From NCBI GenBank assembly GCA_964016885.1, contig OZ024763.1:6634001-6698000 (forward strand): a DNA stretch of 64,000 nucleotides, read 5' to 3'. Origin of the DNA: Eledone cirrhosa. Lineage: Eukaryota. Position numbers and translations under genes: made by a program. The notes beneath the pieces are model-generated. The model did no database searches, had not been told where the DNA came from, and saw only the letters and a list, made by a program, of their open reading frames with translations. Of the stretch, positions 56,779-64,000 are shown piece after piece (positions within the stretch are counted from its first letter, which is position 1; the number at the start of each line of letters is the position of its first letter).

Positions 56779-58629
56779 AACAACAGATCATATTTTGGTA
56801 AGCCTCACTAGATCAGACGACATAGGTGATAATGTGAATAAAACATACACCACCACCACCACCACCACCATCACTACCACTACCACTACCACTACCACTA
56901 CCACCACCACTACCACCACCACTACCACCACCACCACTACCACCACCACTACCACCACCACTACCACCACCACTACCACCACCACTACCACCACCACTAC
57001 CACCACCACTACCACCACCACTACCACCACCACTACCACTACCACCACCACCACCACTACCACTACCACCATCACCACCACTACCACTACCACCATCACC
57101 ACTACCTATACCACTACTACCACTACCATTACCACATTTACACCACCACCATTACCACTACCACCACTACCACTACCACCATCACCACTACCTATACCAC
57201 TACTACCACTACCATTACCACATTTACACCACCACCATTACCACTACCAACACTACCTCCACCACCATTACCACCACCACCACTACCACCACCACCACAC
57301 CACTACCACCACCACCACCACTATCAACACTACCACTACCACCATTACTACCACCACCACCACCACGACACCACTACCACCACCACTCCACCACCACACC
57401 ACTACCACCACCACCACACCACTACCACCACCACCACCACCACACCACTACCACCACCACCACACCACTACCACCACCACCACCACCACACCACTACCAC
57501 CACCACCACACCACTACCACCACCACCACCACTATCAACACTACCACTACCACTCCACCACCACACCACCACCACTCCACCATCACACCACTACCACCAC
57601 TACCACCACCACCACCACTCCACCATCACACCACTACCACCACCACCACCACTACCACCACTCCATCACCATACCACTACCACCACACCACTACCACCAC
57701 TACCACCACTACCACCACCACCACCACCACCACTACCACCACTACCACCACTACCACTACCACCATCACACCACTACCACCACCACCACTACCACCACTA
57801 CCACCACCAGCACTCCACCACCACCCCACCACCACCACCACACCACCACACCACCACGACACCTCTACCACCACCACTCCACCACCACCACCACCACGAC
57901 ACCACCACCACCACCACCACACCACCACCACCACACTACCACCACCACACCACCACCACACCTCTACCACCACTACCACCACTACCACCACCACCACCAC
58001 TACCACCACTACCACCACTACCACCACCACCACCACTACCACCACTACCACCACTACCACTACCACCATCACACCACTACCACCACTCCACCACCATACC
58101 ACTACCACCACCACCACTACCACCACTCCACCACCACACCACTACCACCACCAGCACTCCACCACCACCCCACCACCACCACCACACCACCACACCACCA
58201 CGACACCTCTACCACCACCACACCACCACTCCACCACCACTCCACCACCACCACCACGACACCACCACCACCACACTACCACCACCACACCACCACCACA
58301 CCTCTACCACCACCACACCTCTACCACCACTCTACCACCACCACGACACCACTACCACCACCACCACCACTACCAGCACCACAGACAACAACAACAACAG
58401 CAATAACAACATCAACAAGGCTATAAATATTAAGTCTGCTTTGCTTCAAATGAACCCCCCCCCCACCACCTCCCCAAAAAGTAAATAAATAAATAAATAA
58501 GCAAACAAAAAAATAAACATAAAATAACAAAATAGATAGATAAATAAATAAATAAATGGTAAAAAAATAGGAAAAAGAACTAGAAGGTAGAAAAATGATC
58601 AGTTTGTAATAAATAGAGAGGGGGATATG

Positions 58630-58700
<71 letters not shown>

Positions 58701-58758
58701 ATATACGTTAATATGCATAAGGTAAGTGTATACGTTCAACAATCTGACAGGAAGGTAT

Positions 58759-58801
58759 ACGTTGCTGACGATAGCTAATAAGCTTGAAACTAGTACAGCG
58801 T
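58759..58801 (+). ncRNA. Minimal type I hammerhead with palindromic stem III
   Basis: ACGTTG-CTGACGA-T AGC taataa GCT T-GAAAC TA GTA-CAGCGT. Confidence 0.72.
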
Positions 58802-59098
58802 TCCTTTGTCAGTGTTGAACAAACGAGCAACGATGGTTGCTAGGCACTACGGCTTAATACGGGATGTTTGTTTACAAACACACCGAGCATTATAATAAAT
58901 GTTCGGTGAATCCATACGTACATATATATAAGTGTGCATGTATGTGTATATATATATACATACTACTGTACGTCTGTATACATATATGTATGTACGTGTA
59001 CATACTTATATGTATGTATATAATTATATATCTATAAACATATACATAAATGAAATTTCGTTTCATTTTTCCCGTTCATATATATAGTGTTAGACATG

Positions 59099-59147
<49 letters not shown>

Positions 59148-59245
59148 GTGTCTATGTGTTTATGTATTTATATATATATATATATCTGTATATTCAAATA
59201 TAAATATATACATGTATGTAAATCTGTGTATGTGTCTCCCCCCCC

Positions 59246-59291
<46 letters not shown>

Positions 59292-59487
59292 GTGTGTGTG
59301 TGTATGTATGTATTTATCTGTACATTTTTTTCTTTGCAATGGCCGATACATTTCCTAATTGGTTATCACCCCTTACACTCTAGTAAGGGGTGGGGTGATG
59401 GAAGGGAGGAAGGAAAGGGGGGCAATTGGTTACCCTCTCCACCACTTCACTGTAAAAAAAAGTATCCCTGTAGTGTATAATATATAT

Positions 59488-59553
<66 letters not shown>

Positions 59554-59574
59554 GTATATGTATATATATATACG

Positions 59575-59635
<61 letters not shown>

Positions 59636-59646
59636 GTATAGGTATA

Positions 59647-59680
<34 letters not shown>

Positions 59681-59816
59681 CGACCTGTTCCATTTAACAA
59701 GAACATTTTCCCTATCAACGCACCTTTTTTGCAAATAGATTCCACATGTGTTTGCTTTTGCTTTTTACGTGTTAAATATTTGCTACACAATAGCTATTGA
59801 ATATACATAAATACGT

Positions 59817-59847
<31 letters not shown>

Positions 59848-59861
59848 CACATATACACCCG

Positions 59862-59895
<34 letters not shown>

Positions 59896-60173
59896 CACAT
59901 ATACACCCGCACACACACACACACACACATATATATATACACATATACACCCGCACACACACACATATATATATATATATACACATATACACCCGCACAC
60001 ACACACATATACCCCTCCCCATATATATATATACACATATACACTCGCACACACACACACACACACATATATATATACACATATACACCCGCACACACAC
60101 ACATATATATATATATACATATACACCCGCACACACACACACACACACATATATATATACACATATACACCCG

Positions 60174-60207
<34 letters not shown>

Positions 60208-60493
60208 CACATATACACCCGCACACACACACACACACACATATATATATACACATATACACCCGCACACACACATATATATACATATATATATACACAT
60301 ATACACCCGCACACACACATATATATATATATATATACACATATACACCCGCACACACACACATATACCCCTCCCCATATATATATATATATATACACAT
60401 ATACACTCGCACACACACACACACACACATATATATATACACATATACACCCGCACACACACACATATATATATATATACACATATACACCCG

Positions 60494-60529
<36 letters not shown>

Positions 60530-60730
60530 CACATATAAACCCGCACACACACACACATATATATATACACATATACACTCGCACACACACACACACATAT
60601 ATATATACACATATAAACCCGCACACACACACACACACATATATATATACACATATACACCCGCACACACACACATATATATATATATATACACATATAC
60701 ACCCGCACACACACACATATACCCCTCCCC

Positions 60731-60764
<34 letters not shown>

Positions 60765-60817
60765 CCGCACACACACACACACACATACCCCCCCCCCATA
60801 TATATATATATCTATAT

Positions 60818-60848
<31 letters not shown>

Positions 60849-61045
60849 TACCCCTCCCCATATATATATATATGTACGTATCTATATACACGTATACAGG
60901 GCAATAGAGTTTGAGATATATATAGAGTGGTGCCTATTGTTAAGAAGATCTCTGATAATACGAAGTAGTTTAGTTGGTCTCTAGTTGTGAGGTTATTCAC
61001 CTCCAAGACATTTGGTTCTGGAAATTTCCTTTTACCAAAAAGGAA

Positions 61046-61118
<73 letters not shown>

Positions 61119-61319
61119 ATATATATAACGAAGGAAATGTGGTAAGGAACCAGGTGGACCATAACGCACCCCAAAGTACTCAATACTTGAGGTAGTAGAG
61201 TGGGTAATAGGAACCAGTAAGACCCCGACAGCTGAGCTCAAGCCGTTTCGACGGCTAATTCTGGACTGAATTAGCCGTCGAAACGGCTTGAGCTCAGCTG
61301 TCGGGGTCTTACTGGTTCC

Positions 61320-61390
<71 letters not shown>

Positions 61391-61477
61391 CATATATTCC
61401 ATATATTCAGGTAATGTTGAAATATAATGAAAACCAACTCCTAAAGTATTTCACAACTTGATTGATATTTATTAGGA

Positions 61478-61509
<32 letters not shown>

Positions 61510-61510
61510 G

Positions 61511-61595
<85 letters not shown>

Positions 61596-61801
61596 TGTTA
61601 TCCTTTAGGAGGGCCGTGTATCATGTTTTCAGATAAGAAATCTCGCAAAACCAAATTCAAAAATGAATTATATATATATACAGACACACACACACACACA
61701 CGCACACACACACACACACACACGCACACACACACACACACACACGCACGCACACGCACACGCACGCACACGCACGCACACGCACACGCACGCACACACA
61801 C

Positions 61802-61868
<67 letters not shown>

Positions 61869-62006
61869 CACATATAACAGGTTACCGTTTGGTTTCCTAA
61901 TGCAACAGGTGAGTTAATATGAAGCAATCAATTTCACTTTATCTTTCCATCCATCCAGCCATATATCTATCGATCTATCAATCCCTCTCTCTCTCCCCCC
62001 TCTCTG

Positions 62007-62078
<72 letters not shown>

Positions 62079-62370
62079 CTCTCTCTATTTATCTATCCGT
62101 TTAGTATTGGCGAAATCAATAATTTACATGTATTGTGATCGATTTTATAGCCTCCACCCCTTCCTCCTCTCCTCCAACACATGTATTGTGTTCGATTTAA
62201 GAGATACTACCCTCCACCCCCTCTTCCATTCGATATCAAATATCTATGTCACTGTGTCAACTAAAATGTAACTTTTAGTTACATTTACCAATCCCTATCT
62301 CTCACAGATCGATATTGCTTAAATTCACAGAAATTAGATTAATAATATTTTGAGAAAAAAAAAATGTATG

Positions 62371-62418
<48 letters not shown>

Positions 62419-62583
62419 CGAAGGAAATGTGGTAAGGAACCAGGTGGACCATAACGCACCAAAGTACACAATACTTGAGGTAGTAGAGTGGGTAATAGGA
62501 ACCAGTAAGACCCCGACAGCTGAGCTCAAGCCGTTTCGACGTTTCGAAACGGCTTGAGCTCAGCTGTCGGGGTCTTACTGGTT

Positions 62584-62657
<74 letters not shown>

Positions 62658-62689
62658 TATGAAATACTGTCGGCTTCACGCTGACAATA

Positions 62690-62774
<85 letters not shown>

Positions 62775-63335
62775 TTGGAAAATGTGTGTAATCCTTGGTA
62801 CAGTTAGGTATATTAAGACAGGGGGGAAGAAAAAATGGCTTCACTTGTGCTTTCAACAAATTTATTTTCTTCACAAAATCCAAAAAGAATTCTGAATAAA
62901 GGAATTTTTCGAGAATGACCGGGGCAGGCCGCACTTGCTAAGTTTCTCCCCACCCAACCCTACTCACCGTCTCAACTCATTACTGCTATGAACACTTTTT
63001 CAACACACCTACACCCATGCACTTATTAAAGGGGGAGAAAAGAAACCCCTACCACACCACAGACATGTTAAATCCCTATATATAGAACAACACACCACTT
63101 ACACATCAGTTTGACAAGCGCACCTCAGCGTGAAAGGTCTTTCTAAAAACGAAACAACACCTCCTACGTTAACCAAGAACTCCAAGACCTAACCAACAAC
63201 CAACAACCAACAACCAACAACCAACAACTTAATTTATAAAATAATTTTTTTTAAGAAAAATTCTTTTTGGATTTTGTGAAGAAAATAAATTTGTTGAAAG
63301 CACAAGTGAAGCCATTTTTTCTTCCCCCCTGTCTT

Positions 63336-63396
<61 letters not shown>

Positions 63397-63429
63397 GTGT
63401 CTATGCATAATGTATATATATATCGAATT

Positions 63430-63495
<66 letters not shown>

Positions 63496-64000
63496 GTATA
63501 TAGTTGTATGTATATATGTATCTATCTATCTATATATATATATGTGTGTGTGTGTGTGCCTGTGTATTGTTGTTGATGATGATGATGACGACAGTGATGA
63601 TGATGATGATGATCGTAATGATGATGATGATGATGACGTCAGTGATGATGATGATGATGATGATGATGATGACAGATGCCAGTTAATAAAAAAAAGAAAA
63701 GAAAAAAACAACACAAAACGAAATCAAACAATTTTGATTCAAGAATCAATTAACGTGAATAGCTCCAAGTCTAATCAGATAAAAATGGAAAGAATCGTTA
63801 ATTGGGTTTATATTGAACATATATCGATATATTGAGAATAATCAAACAATTATTAATGTCGGTGTTTATTGAATTGGTATCGACCTGTTTAGTTTAGCGT
63901 CTCACTGATTGGTGATTTCGTGGACATCCTTGTTGGTTCTTGATTTGCTTCAAAATTGAGTAAACACACACACACGTATACATACTGACATATATATACA

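Overview
Eukaryotic, AT-rich, extremely microsatellite-dense animal DNA. The SINE, LINE and Penelope families and the repeat style point to a coleoid cephalopod, probably Octopus (inference). There is one 200-N gap. The only host genes I can support are two tandem single-coding-exon class A GPCRs (28306-29406 and 37229-38329, minus strand) in a recent ~8.9 kb-period segmental duplication. By my manual alignment all ~23 coding differences between them are non-synonymous, they all lie from the end of TM3 onward, and the flanks are almost identical. The rest is mobile DNA: a nearly intact R4/Dong-type RT-REL LINE in (CATA)n, an RTE-derived non-autonomous element, Tx1/L1-like LINE fragments, many tRNA-derived SINEs, a mariner-like end, and a local cluster of Penelope-like elements (GIY-YIG fragment, inverted 5' ends) in (TA)n tracts. 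Many minimal type I hammerhead ribozyme motifs from several families can be read directly, including non-canonical cores (CAGAAGA; U3-A8). Most ORFs in the supplied track are microsatellite artefacts. All alignments and RNA folds were done by eye, so boundaries are approximate.
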